Numbered from the whole stretch's first letter, positions 13,394 to 27,158 are shown. The stretch: DNA of 62,914 bases, filler included, from Reticulomyxa filosa (GCA_000512085.1; 26 parts of 26 records of this genome joined end to end with filler, not necessarily neighbours in it), one strand, 5' to 3'. Numbers and translations are program-made. The notes: generated by a model not told the origin, from the sequence alone.

Positions 13394-13858
13394 TTTCACC
13401 ATTTGTAGACAACAAGAATGTTCCAAATGATCATTCATTTGTTTCACTTTTCCTTTGAAATCACAAATAACAATTCCAGGTGTTTCTCCTTCTTCATGTC
13501 CTTGTCGAAATTGTCGTGGACATATCACATCCAATTCGTTAATGTATCGCTTCGCCATTCGACTTTGAGAATACAAACAGTTGTCATGAGGTTCGATTGG
13601 ACAAGAATTTGGATTTTGGCTAAGAAATTGATGTAAACAACTCTCTCCAACAATCAATAATTCGTCCATGTTTTTATGTTGAGAGCAATCGATTTCCATT
13701 GGATTGTTGGCAACTTGTTTGCAAATCAAACAAATAAAATCGTGAATGGCCTCCTGCTTGTTCAATTGTAAAATCCAATTTTTATCAAAGCAAGTCTGTT
13801 GTTCAGTAATTGACTTCAAGTCCAGTTTCGCATTGTCTTTGCTTTTCTCTTCTTCCAT
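13394..13858 (-). CDS. RING-like/TRAF-type zinc-finger protein, N-terminal part (family usually fused to WD40 repeats); 3' truncated
   Basis: FICLICKQVANNPMEIDC..H....VGESCL....CPIEPH..C, then VICPRQF and CDFKGKV....HLE..C. Confidence 0.8.
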
Positions 13859-14339
13859 CTTACTTAGTTTCTTTTTTTTTAGTTCTTGGTTTCTTAATTA
13901 GATGATGTAAAGGAATTAATTTTGGAGTTTTTTTTTTAACTGGGGAAGTTTTGTTGTGGCCAACTCTAATTTTTTTTTTTTTAGTAATTTGAAAAAAATT
14001 CATTTCAAAAGTTATTTTTTACTATTAAAAAAAGACTTATAAAAAAACTTTTTTTGGAGTGGGCAAGAATTTTTTGTATGTACACCAATGCCAAGCAGAT
14101 TTGTTGATAAAGAAATTGAGTGATAATCCAAGTTTAAAATTATTGAGCCATACACCTTATTTTGTCATTTGAAAGACAAAACAAATAATTGCTTATTACT
14201 TGGATCATTTTGATCAAGACAAAGATTATGCGTACGATATTAGACCATTGAAAGTAATAGAAGATCGACCGAATATATTATATTATTTGTGTATTTTTAC
14301 AGAAATTTCAAGTAATGTTATAAACAGATATTTTCCTAT

Positions 14340-14545
14340 ATATTTATTTTAAAATATTGGGGAAATTGAATAAAAAACAATCAGATGGGCTTGGTGACAA
14401 ATACAAAGATATTCACATTAATTGTGCAAAATTACTTGCAGAAATGGCATTGAACTTGAGCTGCAATGTGGTGGGTTGTTTGATAAATATGAAATCAATT
14501 TCATCAAAAAAATGTAATGAAAATAAATTTGGTGGTTGGTCATAA
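14340..14545 (+). pseudogene. Decayed HEAT/PBS-lyase-like repeat fragment
   Basis: GKLNKKQSDGLGDKYKDIHINCAKLLAEMALNL resembles HEAT units of the type L.D....VR..CA..L..I..KL; flanks are full of stops. Confidence 0.35.
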
Positions 14546-14808
14546 AGGTCATTGTATTCATTCAAGTTTATGTAAAACATAGTCTATTTTGGTAAGAGTG
14601 GATAATCGATGAATAAAAACAATTCCATCGAATAAACACCACCCAAAAAATGAAAGTGATTTGATACAGCCCTATTTAGTTGCATATTNNNNNNNNNNNN
14701 NNNNNNNNNNNNNNNNNNNNNNNNNNNNNNNNTTAATTAATTAANNNNNNNNNNNNNNNNNNNNNNNNNNNNNNNNNNNNNNNNNNNNATTTAAAAAAAA
14801 ATTGAAAA

Positions 14809-15880
14809 GTGAGTAGCAATGCTAAAACGTCCTTGAAATGTAACAACGAAGAAAGCAAAATCATCGCATGGAGACTACAAATGTTGGGAAAGTATCCTGT
14901 TGATGTATCTTCCATCTATTTTATCCAACAAATACAATCAGTTGATAGTGGCTTTGAAAAAAAATGGAGTGTGAGAAAGAATAGAGTACATATAAACTAG
15001 GATCCCTTTTGTAACATACACATACAAAACAAATAAACAAAGACATGGGAGACGAGGACTCAGGTGATAGATATGGATGCCAACGGATACGTCCGTGTGC
15101 TGTCGACAGAGTTTGTGAACGCGCTGTTACAGCGCATTAGTTCGTGGATGGACAGTGAGATACTGCAACGGATAGTCGCACAATGTATGCTGCAAGACGT
15201 CAACAAGTTGGGACATTGGGACGACGCTTTTTACGACACAAGATCTTTGAAGGTGGAGGTTTCAGGATGGATTGACGACGAGAAAAACTGGGCCGAAGAG
15301 CCTAAACATCACTTCTTGTCTGAGTATGTGTTAACCGACTATCACAACCGATACAAGGTAAAGGGATTTATCCATGAGACAAACAGTCATATTTGGTATT
15401 TTATTATAGCCGAGTTAAGAAAGGGGGCGAGGGGGACAGGGGGGGAGGAAGAAAAAATTTTATTTCATAAGGGAGCATCAAGTAACAAAAAATCGTCTGT
15501 GGCTTGAGATATTGGGTATGCCTGCATTAAAATATCGGATTTGCCAGTTATCGACATTTGTATACCAAAAGCTCGCCTCTGACACACGTATGTCCAAACA
15601 CAAAAACTTTTCAGAGCATTTGGTGCAGATGTTGCTGACTAAGAAGCTACCAAGTGATGTTTGTCGGACAAATAACTTATTGGAAATTGTATTGAACAGT
15701 TTGATGCACTTTTTATGCGGTAGCGTGCACCCTGACCTGGGTCACAAAGCGAGCAATCGCCATGCCTTTGACTTCCCAAGTAACGAAGCGACATCACGAC
15801 ATAGTTGCAAAGCGAACATCGCAAGCATCATCCAATACAATGTCGAGACTTTGCAAGAGATCACAGACATATCGTGTTGA
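14809..15880 (+). CDS. Multi-exon gene fragment of unknown function (possibly a degenerate large AAA/RNF213-type protein)
   Basis: Three coding-like blocks (14809-14970, 15043-15357, ~15510-15880) separated by intron-like AT tracts; no firm motif. Confidence 0.3.
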
Positions 15881-16736
15881 GCATTTGTTGCAATCATGAA
15901 TGTTGTAAAAATTTTAAAAAGTAGTTGTTGCATCAATGTAAATGGAAATACTTTAAAAAATGAATATATGTTCCCATAACTGAGTTGTTATTATTTTTGT
16001 TTTGTAAAAAAAAGTTAATGGATGAAACTTTGTTGCATAGATTCAAAGAAAATGCACAAACTGAAAGCAATGAAGGAAAAGTGAATGAATTAAGTATTAT
16101 TTTAATTGTACGTTTAATTGAAAAAAAAACAAAAAATATAAAATAACAGACTGAATATGTGATAATGGACAAAATTAAAAAAATTGACAAATAAAGTTTT
16201 TCGACAATTCAGGAAAGTTTGCGATAAATAAAAGAAAACATGCAAAAATAAAATTGAATGATTCAAAAAAAGTATGTAATGGTTTGTTTTGATATTAAAA
16301 AAAAATAATTTCTTCAATAAGGAAATATTTAAAAATAATATATCAAATAAAATAAAAAACTAAATATAAGTTGGAACAGCATAAAAAAAAAGTAAAATTT
16401 GCGCGTATAAATAAAATATCCATAAAAAGCGTTTTTGCAAAAGCAAATAAAGGGCATTAAAATTTTAAAAAAAGCAAAGGAAGGAAAAAGCAAAAAAGAA
16501 AGAATGAAATAAGGCGGCGTCTCAGGAACATTGTGGCGCCGCCCAATTTCACTTTTTCTTTTTGCTTTTGTCTTCCNNNNNNNNNNNNNNNNNNNNNNNN
16601 NNNNNNNNNNNNNNNNNNNNTTAATTAATTAANNNNNNNNNNNNNNNNNNNNNNNNNNNNNNNNNNNNNNNNNNNNTTTTTTTTTTTTTTTTTCTTGTCT
16701 TCTATCACTTCTCCTTTCTATGTCAATATACTACAG

Positions 16737-19119
16737 CCGAAACACTTTCTACCCAAGTGACATTGCCAGGACAAGCTCCAATAGCAAAAATGGTTTCATT
16801 GCCTGGACAAGCCCCATTACCTGGACAGGCGCCTTTACCAGGCCAAGCACCTTTGCCAGGTCAAGCTTCATTACCAAGGCAGGCACCATTGCCAGGTCAA
16901 GCTCCTCTCCCTGGACAAGCTCCATTGCCAGGTCAAGCCCCATTGCCTGGCCAAGCACCTCTACCTGGACAAGCTCCGTTACCTGGACAAGCCCCATTGC
17001 CAGGACAAGCTCCATTACCTGGACAAGCACCATTGGCAAGACAAGCCCCATTACCGGGTCAAGCTCCTTTGCCAGGACAAGCACCACTGCCTGGTCAAGC
17101 ACCGTTACCAGGACAAGCCCCATTGCCAGGACAAGCTCCATTGCCAGGACAAGCCCCATTACCTGGACAAGCTCCATTACCTGGACAAGCTCCATTACCT
17201 GGACAAGCTCCATTACCTGGACAAGCCTCATTGCCGAGACAAGCGCCACTACCAGGCCAAGCTCCATTACCAGGCCAAGCTCCATTACCTGGTCAAGCAC
17301 CTTTGCCAGGACAAGCGCCATTGCCTGGACAAGCATCTTTGCCTAAAGCTCCTTTACCAGGACAAGCTCCTTTACCGGGACAAGCTCCATTGCCGGGCCA
17401 AGCTCCTCTCCCCGGACAAGCCCCACTTCCAGGCCAGGCCCCAAAGCCAGGTAAATAACATCCACAAAAATCACTTTGCGAAGTGATTGCGTTTTGACTA
17501 ATACGTTATATATGTTGAAATGTATGACACAACAGGTGGTGCTCCAATGCCAGGTTCGGCACCTCTTCCAGGCTCAGCGCCTCTTCCAGGTTCAGCTCCT
17601 CTTCCTGGTGGAGCGCCTATTCCACGCGCAGCGCCTTTGCCAGGACTGGCCCCGATCCCAGGTAGCGCACCCATTCCAGGTTTGGCACCCATTCCAGGCC
17701 TTGCGCCCATTCCAGGAGCGCCTTTGCCTCGTGGAGCTCCTTTACCAGGTGGAGCACCTTTACCAGGTGGAGCTCCTTTACCAGGCGGAGCTCCTTTACC
17801 AGGCGGAGCCCCTTTACCAGGTGGAGCCCCTTTGCCTCGTGGAGCACCCTTACCAGGTGGAGCCCCTTTACCAGGTGGAGCCCCTTTACCAGGTGGAGCG
17901 CCTTTGCCTCGTGGAGCACCTTTACCAGGTGGAGCTCCTTTACCAGGCGGAGCCCCTTTACCAGGCGGAGCACCTTTACCAGGCGGAGCCCCTTTGCCTG
18001 GTGGAGCACCAATTCCAGGACTAGCACCTCCTCCACTGCTCGGAGCCCCGTTGCCAGGCTTGCCTTCGCTGGCTCCAATTCCAAACTTGCCTTCGTTACC
18101 ACTGATGGGAGGTCCACCACTTCCTGGATCCGTGCCCTTGCCTTCTTTGCCAGGCTTTCCTCCACTTCCTGGTTCCGTGCCCTTGCCTTCTTTGCCAGGC
18201 TTTCCTCCGCTGCCTGGATCCGTACCCTTGCCTTCTTTGCCAGGCTTCCCTCCGCTGCCTGGATTGCCGAGTCTGCCTGGACTACCAAGTCTTCCTGGAT
18301 TACCAAATCTGCCTGGATTACCTACGCTCGGTGGCGGATTGCCCACTCTTGGCGCCAAAGGTGCGTCAGCGGCGGCAAAGGAAAAGAAGAAACGCTGGAA
18401 TCCGAAAAAGGAAATGAAAGCGCTACACTGGACTCCGATCAAAGAGCGCGACTTGGCCAAGGCAAAGGACAACATTTGGAGCAAGATCGACGACCATGGA
18501 CTCGATTTGGACACAGACTTGTTGGAAAACATGTTTTACAAGCCTGCAAAAGAAAAGAAGAAGAAAGGAGGTGGCAAAGGAGGAGCAAAGGGAAACAAAC
18601 CAGTGACCATTACGTTCATTGAAAATGATCGACGATCTCAAAACATGAACATTGGCTTGAGTGGAATCAAGGAAAACTACGAAATGGTTCGCAATTGGAT
18701 GCTCGAGATGAACGAAGAAAAGCTGCCCATTGGCACTTTGAAGAAATTCATTCCTTTGGTGCCCAACGCAGAGGAACAAAAACAGACAACCGATGCAATC
18801 GAAAAATACAACTTGAATACGGAAAAAGACAAGGTTGCCCTTTTGGGAATAGCCGAAAAGTTTTGGTACTACATGGTCAGCATCCCGAAAGTGGACGAAC
18901 GATTGAACATTTGGGCTTTCAAAATGGAGTTTGACGAAATTTACGAATTGCAAGACAAGCGTGTCAATTTGCTGGTGGACGCCCACGAACAGCTCAAAGG
19001 CAGTGACTGCTTGCAAAAGATTTTGACTGTCATTTTAGCCGTCGGAAACTATTTGAATGCAAACAATAAGAAAGGAGATTCAAATGGTGTCAAATTGGAT
19101 GTTTTATCAAAAATTGAAG
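16737..19119 (+). CDS. Formin, partial: repeat-type FH1 plus FH2; exons 16737-17450 and 17536-19119
   Basis: FH2 hallmarks MKALHWTPI, NIWSKI, LLENMF, RRSQNMNIGL, ERLNIWAFK, ILAVGNYLN..KGDSNGVKLDVLSKI; in-frame GTAAAT..ACAG intron 17451-17535. Confidence 0.93.
16763..18330 (+). repeat. Coding 18-bp tandem repeats: GQAPLP (~37 copies), then G[S/G]APLP, then a 15-aa unit PLPGSVPLPSLPGFP (about 3 copies)
   Basis: Read directly from the translation; synonymous variation between units. Confidence 0.95.
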
Positions 19120-19292
19120 GTATAAATAATAACAAATAAAATAACATGTTATTTTATTGTCATAATTACCAAAAAATTGGAATCAAATAAANNNNNNNNN
19201 NNNNNNNNNNNNNNNNNNNNNNNNNNNNNNNNNNNTTAATTAATTAANNNNNNNNNNNNNNNNNNNNNNNNNNNNNNNNNNNNNNNNNNNNT

Positions 19293-20418
19293 TCTGCGTT
19301 GGCATTATTAGGATTTGATGTGAGTTGTGCATCTTATAGTGAGTATTTGAGTCGCAGAGAATTTAATAGTTTTGAGCCATTGTTTACTACTTTGGGTATC
19401 ACTGATCATGTCCATTATGGCACTTTCAACAAACTTTATGAAAGAATCATTAACGATGGTGGTGATGTTCGTAAATTGGTGGAAAATATGATCATTCCTG
19501 ATGATGAGAAAAGGGCAAGTGAAGCCTCAAGAGTGATTGATGAAATTGATGTATTTTTCAATAAAGAATTTTATGGAAGTTGTTGTTCACCTACTGCTAT
19601 CTTACGACATGATAATATTACTAAACTGATTGATTACATTTGGGCTAACAAAGCACCCAATTTGACTCTGGATGATGTTAAAAAATCAAATGAATATGAA
19701 GAATGTTGTGAAGTATTAAAGGATTGGTCTGCATTATTGGATGAGGCAATCAAAGATATGTTAAATGATATTCAAATATTTGAATCTCATGGATATCAAG
19801 TAAGTAATGACAAAATTGGATATAAAGAGCAGGATACCATTTGTTATAATGTTCGTTATGGTTATAAGACATTATTTGCATATTACCACGAGCATGAACA
19901 AAACAAAATCAGTGATGAGAGTTTCATAAATAATATATTTATGTCATTTCAAATTGGTAATTTTTCTTATGTAGAAGTTCCTAAATACTTCTGTTGTATT
20001 ATGGGTGTGAGTGGTACATTGAAGACATTGAGTGTGCCAGAACAAGAAATTGTGGAAACGCATTACCATATTTCAAAAAATACTTATATGCCATCTTTAT
20101 TTGGTAATAATAAACTTATCTTTGCAGAAAAGAAAGATATTCTCATTGTGGAAGAATGTGATTACTTTACTACTCTTAAGAAAGAAATCGATGATCGATT
20201 GATTGGAACAAATTCTGTAACAAAAAGAGCAGTATTGGTGTTTTTTGAATCCAAGAAACAATTGATGGAATTTTATGAATCTTCTAATTTCCTTGCAATG
20301 AAAGAGAATCCAATAATAAAGACTGAAGAGAATACTCATGAAGAAAAAGAATATTTGATCAAACGTGCAACTACTTCTGGACAAGTGGGATTGTTTACCA
20401 GATCATTTGGAAGAGGAA
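19293..20418 (+). CDS. SecA-like/SF2 helicase-type NTPase, internal fragment
   Basis: SYSEYLSRRE, YGTFNKL, VIDEIDVFF (Walker B), IMGVSGTL (motif III), VLVFFES, GQVGLFTRSFGRG (SecA-like T..GRG motif); single open frame across the contig. Confidence 0.75.
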
Positions 20419-20518
20419 NNNNNNNNNNNNNNNNNNNNNNNNNNNNNNNNNNNNNNNNNNNNTTAATTAATTAANNNNNNNNNNNNNNNNNNNNNNNNNN
20501 NNNNNNNNNNNNNNNNNN

Positions 20519-22151
20519 GGATGTCTCTTTATCTTCAATCCGAAACGATGACTTCGTATGATGAAATAAACGCCAATACATTGCGTGCTAAAATATTTAC
20601 TCTCTGCAAAGAGGAGAATTGAGGAACATAGATGACCACAGTCCTGATTGGAACTATCAAGGCAATACTGTACCAGAGGTGTTTTTGTTTTTTTTACTTT
20701 ATTTCTTGATTTGTAAATAACCTTGTTTTTACGTATTTCTTAACAACAATAAAATAGCGCTCAATTCATTGGTCCAATTAAAGTCATTCTTGCAATTTAT
20801 GTATCGACAGTTGGTGATATATACTCGAAACACCAACTTGCCCGTTGTGCAGCAAATCATTCCATTGAATCAAATAATATTGCCGTCCCTTATCAAGTAC
20901 TCGCAATCCATCGCATGCAATATGTACATCGAACGCAAAGACCACGATTCCGAAGACAGTTTGCATGAGGTAAAAAGCACATATATTTTTTTTGGTCCAA
21001 GAATGGAATGCCACTGATCTACCCATTGTGTTATTAAATTAAATTCCAATTGCAGATTCGGTAAGTCAATAAATCTTTTTACTATTGGCAACAACAATGA
21101 TAATAACTCGTACACGTATACATTATATTTATTCATTTTTTTTTTAATCAGATCCTGTTGCATATGGAATTGGCAACGCTAGAAATGTCTGAAGCAAGCA
21201 GAAACGGAAATGAATCATTCATTGTTTTTGTTGTCGACGAATTTGAACAACAAGCGTGAAGATGCAACATTTTGGCAATTGGCCAGTCAACAGTACGCAT
21301 GAAAATTGTACAATTTTGAAGATGATCTGGAACAAAAAAGAGTTTTATTGAAGTCGCAAGGCATTTACTCGGAAGATCAAAATGTCCAGAAAGAAAGATT
21401 ATTAGGATTTGAGTTACGAAAAAGACAGAAAATAAATTCATAATTACACATAAATAAATACGTAAAAATGAATGAGTATTTGATTAGGGAAGAAACAGTT
21501 AATCTTTTTTTAAAAAAAAAATGCTGACAAAACAAAATCAAAAACAAACAACAATAAAATATAGTGATGTGGCAAAACCACATCAATTCATTTGCACGGC
21601 GGGTACGGAGTGTAACAGTTGCAACAAGATTTGCAGCAACCTCTGAAAAGTGCAGAAGAATAGACTTGAAGGATTCACTTGCTATTTTTGAACGAAATCA
21701 ATACAAGTCCTGACGTTGGTTCGTTCAAAGAATTATTTTGTAGTCATAGTTTGAAGAGAAGAGAATTTCCAGGCAAACGTTGTGGTCATAGATACATTGA
21801 ACATTTTCCGAAGTTGCAGAAAACAATGAAAAGAGTCACAATGTCAACAAATATTACATTGACGATTTGGATAAAGAAATGGGAGATATGTAGAACTTTG
21901 GCTCGTTATACTAGTCCGACGAGCAACAATACATTGCACTTATTACCACCAATTCATTGTCGAATAATTCCGACTTTTTGGATAAACTGTAATGGCTTAA
22001 AGGACTGAAGATGGTTTTTCAATACTCGTGAAGCTGTCGGCACGTATCAAAGTGTGAGTCCATAACGTTGGCATTGGCACAATGCTACTACTATCGGTTA
22101 AATGTCAAGCAAATGTTCATGTATGACGACAATAGCTAGTCGAAGAGGCAA
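20519..22151 (+). pseudogene. Decayed RNF213-like AAA+ ATPase fragments
   Basis: LLFLNEINTSPDVGSFKELFCSHSLKRREFP (21679-21770) resembles the RNF213-type Walker B region FFDEINT....G.FKE..CD; multiple stops and frameshifts. Confidence 0.5.
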
Positions 22152-23524
22152 NNNNNNNNNNNNNNNNNNNNNNNNNNNNNNNNNNNNNNNNNNNNTTAAT
22201 TAATTAANNNNNNNNNNNNNNNNNNNNNNNNNNNNNNNNNNNNNNNNNNNNATTTGCCTTTGTCGAATGGTTCCACTTTCACCATTGAATATCTATCTGA
22301 ATATCATTGTCTTTCAATATTTTGACAACATCTTCAGTCTTGGATAGAATCACCTTGACAATTGGCATATTATGAAATCGTTTTAATTCTTGTATTTGAT
22401 ATCCATAATCTTGATTTCGCACTCGCTTTCGCGAGTTGATACTCCCCGAAGCAGGACATATCTATTCATTTCATCAAACTAAATTCTTTTAAAATTATCA
22501 TAAACTAAATTTGTTTTGACATGCCATATTTTGGATCTGGCGCTTTTTCAACTTGTTTTTATTTGCACTTTAGTACATGTTCTTACTGTCCCTTTACAGA
22601 ATTGATTGTTATTTATGTTTAATTTATTCTCAGTGTATATGCAGTTGAATTGAGTATATATTCATTTAAATATGTTTGCTTTTGAAATGAAGACATTTAT
22701 ATTGTTCCAGAATATAATCAACTTGTTTATTTATCATATTCATTATTGCACGCTTCGCCATTAATATTATCTTGTTGCTTAAGTGCAATAGCAAATTGCT
22801 GAAAGAATTTAATCACTTCTGATACACGTAATTCAGCAATTTCATTTTTCAATTGCTTGCTTTCTTCATTTTCATTCTTCTTCTGCTTTTTTATCGAATT
22901 TGTTAGTATTTTCTTTGTTTCAGACTGCTTGCTTGTTCTTTCTTTTGGATAATTTGTTGTTCAATTCTAGTTATCTTAATTACAATTTGTTGTTTTTTCT
23001 TTGAATAACATTACAAATAATTGAATCACTAGCGTAATTACAATTGAATAATATGTATTTCTGTCTTTTCTTGTGGAAACAATCTTCAGATGCATAATTG
23101 TTTTTTCAACAGAACAATTCTGTTTATTTCTGGATTTAATGTTGCTTCCTTTCTCATTTGTTTCTGATCTTTAATATGTTCAAAATTGTATATAGCATTT
23201 TGGAGTTCTTTGTTTCTTAAATAAATATTTGTAATATATAAGCAATTTGCTATCAATTACTTTTATTTCCATCATTGACTAATTGAACAGTAAATACTGC
23301 ATTGAACTGGCAGATATAACACAAGAAGAATTACCCACACAGAAAATAAAAATTCGATAGTGATCCGAATCACCATTAAATAAAAAATAAAAACTTTCTT
23401 AAAAGATAAAAACAATACCACGAAAATAAACAAACAAACAAGGACAAAGCAAAGGAGAATCACATGTTTTGGTGAATATGCCAATTGAATACAAGTGCAA
23501 AAATTTTAGTCAATGAAACCTTTT

Positions 23525-25531
23525 TTACAAGGAGAACAATTTTTGTTGGGAAGTGATCCAATTCTTGAAATGAGAATGATTCATCATAACATTAGCAATA
23601 TGGTGAATACGCTTGTGCTTGGACAAGAAATCGGTACTCTCTACCAAAATGGCCAGGTAAACCAGCGATCGTAGTGCTTCTCTTTTAAACTTGGAAATCT
23701 ATTGAGACAAAAAGAACATACATATAAGCAAAAGTAGATGACACCAAAAAATGAAACAAAAAGAAAGCCCAACTTGTAGCAATAAGGTAGATAATGGTAT
23801 GATATGCAAAGACAACCATTTGAAGGGCATCCGAATCAACAATCTGTCAAAAATGTATAAACCACCACCGAGATCTTGCCGAAGGAGGATCGCGGCATCG
23901 GAATTGGAAGCAGAATTGGACAAAGTAGTTGTCTGCGATTCGAGAATGGAAAGGAGAGCATCCAGGGCTAGTGGAACAGTAACATTTTTGCAAATTTGGG
24001 TGATGAGATCCATTGCTAATTCTTGCGTTTCCACGGGAACAATGTCCCGAAAACAGCAAGCAAGTCCGTGCCAGATGGATTCGATGACGGAGTGAAACAA
24101 GTCAATGGGAGAAGAATAGGCCAGCCATTGCATGATGCGCAAAGCATTACGATGCAATGAGGATTTATTGGACTGCAGTGTGCACACACAAAACTCGAGA
24201 AGTTGTTGTGACTCTTGGCGTGTAAAAAGAGGAAGAATGTTTAAAGGTTGCGTTTGTATTTGCATTTGAGGATCAATGCATTTGATCTTCGAAACGGCTT
24301 GATAATGACGTTGTAAATGCAACACGATCCATTTCATGTGTTGCTTGCGAAGAGACAGGTTCTCTGCACTAGGATCGGGATCCAACACATAGCCAAGCAA
24401 GTCCGTCGCACTCCAATTCTGAAACGTTTCTTCGTTGTCTACGTCGTATTCCATTGGCAAGTCTAACACATAGCTGTCCAAAGAATCGTGTTCATCTCGA
24501 TCATCGTCACGTTCATGGCTAAGACCGTGGTTCGTGTCGATAGCACGATCTTTGTCTTGTGTCCATCTACGGCAATTTTTTAAGGCGGTAGAGACAGGTG
24601 ACAAACAGCCCAGCAGAGAAGCGGAAGATGGTTGTGTTGGCAAGACAAGAGCGTGTTGAGGCTCCACAATCGCGACATGACTCCGAAATAGTTGTGCTGC
24701 ATTGCTCTCTTCAGGCAAAAGACCCCAAAAGAATTCAATCATCTCGTCGTGCAGAGCCATGTCACTGTATCCAGAACCATGCATGTCCATATCCCGATCT
24801 CGGTCTTTCTCACAACTACGAAGCAACTCTAAACAAGACTGACGAGAATTTCCACGCAGGGCCGCCAAGAAAAAAAGCATAAATTTTCGTTTGGATCTTC
24901 ACACAACTTTTGGCTCCAATAATATACGACATGAAACAATTTATTGACGTCTTTTGTGCATTTCAAAACCAAATGTACATACATGCATATAATGTATATA
25001 CATATACACATATATATATGTATATATATAAATATATGTACCATTGGACATAATCATGACGTTGGATGATGTGACATCCTTACATAAGTACTTTGAGAAC
25101 ATGAGCAACCAAATGGCAGAGGTGTTTGCGCTGTCGTAGTACTGAGTGGCATTTTCGTCAAAATTGGCAAGCATCATGGCCAAAGAGAAGCGCTTGGATT
25201 TGATGAGAGTGTCGGCGATCTTGGTCACACATTGCACACAAATCTCGGCGGTAAATGCGCCAAACATCTTCCAATATTGGTGAACGAGTTGACACAATTC
25301 CGAACATGTGATCGTGTAATCCTTTTTTTCGATGACGCAGCAAATGCAAGTGCACAGATGGATCAACGTGTCCATGGTGATACAAAAGAGCAAGTCCAAT
25401 CGATGCTTTATAAATTTGAACAGACCACCCGTTATCCAACAGCATTTTTTTTCAGTGAGTTCAGACGAGCTGGAACTCGAATCGGCGTTTTGAATCCATA
25501 AGCAGACGTCCTTCAGCACTTTAATCCACAA
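23525..25531 (-). CDS. HEAT/ARM-repeat protein, 3' part, possibly CLASP/TOG-like; multi-exon
   Basis: Helical repeats (ETQELAMDLITQIC, LALDALLSILES, KREALRSLVYL); GT-AG introns ~25040-24952 and ~23773-23699; one frame jump at a T7 run (~24870-24876); TAA at 23527-23525. Confidence 0.5.
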
Positions 25532-25657
25532 GTATAATGCATATATATATATATATANNNNNNNNNNNNNNNNNNNNNNNNNNNNNNNNNNNNNNNNNNN
25601 NTTAATTAATTAANNNNNNNNNNNNNNNNNNNNNNNNNNNNNNNNNNNNNNNNNNNN

Positions 25658-27018
25658 GGCAATGTTGATAATAACAGTAACAATAACAATAGCAGCAATG
25701 CCAATGGCAACAATGTCAATGATAACAATGTCAATGATAACAATGTCAATGATAACAATGTCAATGATAACAATGGCAATGTAATCGAGTTTGAAATCAC
25801 GCGCAAAGAGAAAATGACCGAGTCGGAAATTTATGAAAAATTTCAGAAAAAACACAAGGATATGGAAGAGATGAAACATCGCAGCGAGGAGCTGCGACGC
25901 ATGGAAATCGCCTTTGACTCCACTGGCGTGACCGGCCCATCCGTTTCGTCTTCCTCTTCCGCAGGCATTGCTGCCATTGCGGATGGCACTACTGTAGCTT
26001 CATCATCATCATCATCATCATTATTATTACTAGCTTCTTCTACTTCTTCAACAGCCACAGGCAATGCAAATGCGTCGATTGCAAGCAATGCTTCCAGCTC
26101 TGCCGCTGCAGGCCATTTCAAGACCAAGAGTTCCAATGAGCGAAACTTGGATCTATTGGATTTCCACAGTCACAATAACAATAACAATAATAACAATAAT
26201 AATAATAATAATAATAATAACAGCAACAAAATGGACGTAGATATGATGGACATGGACGGGAACAAGAAACACACAAACGTGAGCATGAGCATGAATATGA
26301 ACATGGGCATGGACGTGGATATGGATGTGGACGCAGACCTGGACGTGGATGTGGACATGGAATTGGACGTGCTGTACGACGCATCGCAAAGGAAGCACGT
26401 GCAGATGCAAGCCAATTACCTGATGTTCCCATTCAGCGAGTGTTATGTGTCGATGACGCCGTACGGTGAGCCGTGGGAAGTGAACGAGAGTCAGATGGGC
26501 AAAGACAATAACAAAGACTTGGACAAGCTCATGGGCGATCGCACGGGCGATAGCAAGGTCGAGGATGCCATTGTCAACATGTACGAAGAGTATCGCAAGT
26601 TGGTCGCGGCCACAAACGAGTGGAAGCACGCCAAGACCGTGCGGGAGCTCAAGCGTTGCCAAGTACTGTGCGAGGTCAAGTACGTTTGCATGGAGGCTCG
26701 CACCGACAAGCCGTCCATGATCCAAGTGCTGTCGGCGATGCGTCCCAAACATGTCATTGTCATTCATGGTAACGACGTCTGCAAATGCGAGTTTTTGAAC
26801 GCCCTGGCTCTGGTTGGAATCAGCAGCGACAAACTCTTTTCTCCAGACAATGGTCAAGTGGTGTCCATGGAGTGCGACAATCGCTTTCACGATGTTATCA
26901 TCAGCGACAAGTTGAATCGACAATTGCAATATATCACTGTCGGTGGCTATGAAATTGCCCTTCTCACTGGTCAAGTCAATGACAAAAATTTTAGTGGTGG
27001 TAATAACAATAACAATAA
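25658..27018 (+). CDS. CPSF2: Cleavage and polyadenylation specificity factor 100 kDa subunit, internal fragment with low-complexity inserts
   Basis: IEFEITRKEKM, YLMFPFSE...TPYGE, CEVKYVCMEARTD..SMIQVLSAMRPKHVIVIHG, FSPDNGQVV, V.ISDKL..QL.Y..VGGYEIA..TGQV follow the CPSF100 order. Confidence 0.8.
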
Positions 27019-27158
27019 NNNNNNNNNNNNNNNNNNNNNNNNNNNNNNNNNNNNNNNNNNNNTTAATTAATTAANNNNNNNNNNNNNNNNNNNNNNNNNN
27101 NNNNNNNNNNNNNNNNNNAAAAAAAAAAAAAAAAGTGTAATGAAATTTATTTATTTTT

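Noticed and set aside
16720-18532. Long overlapping ORFs in other frames and on the minus strand of the formin
   Set aside because: By-product of stop-poor 18-bp Pro/Gly/Ala repeats
22252-23250. Minus-strand K/E/Q-rich coiled-coil-like sequence
   Set aside because: Broken by many stops with no identifiable domain; left uncalled
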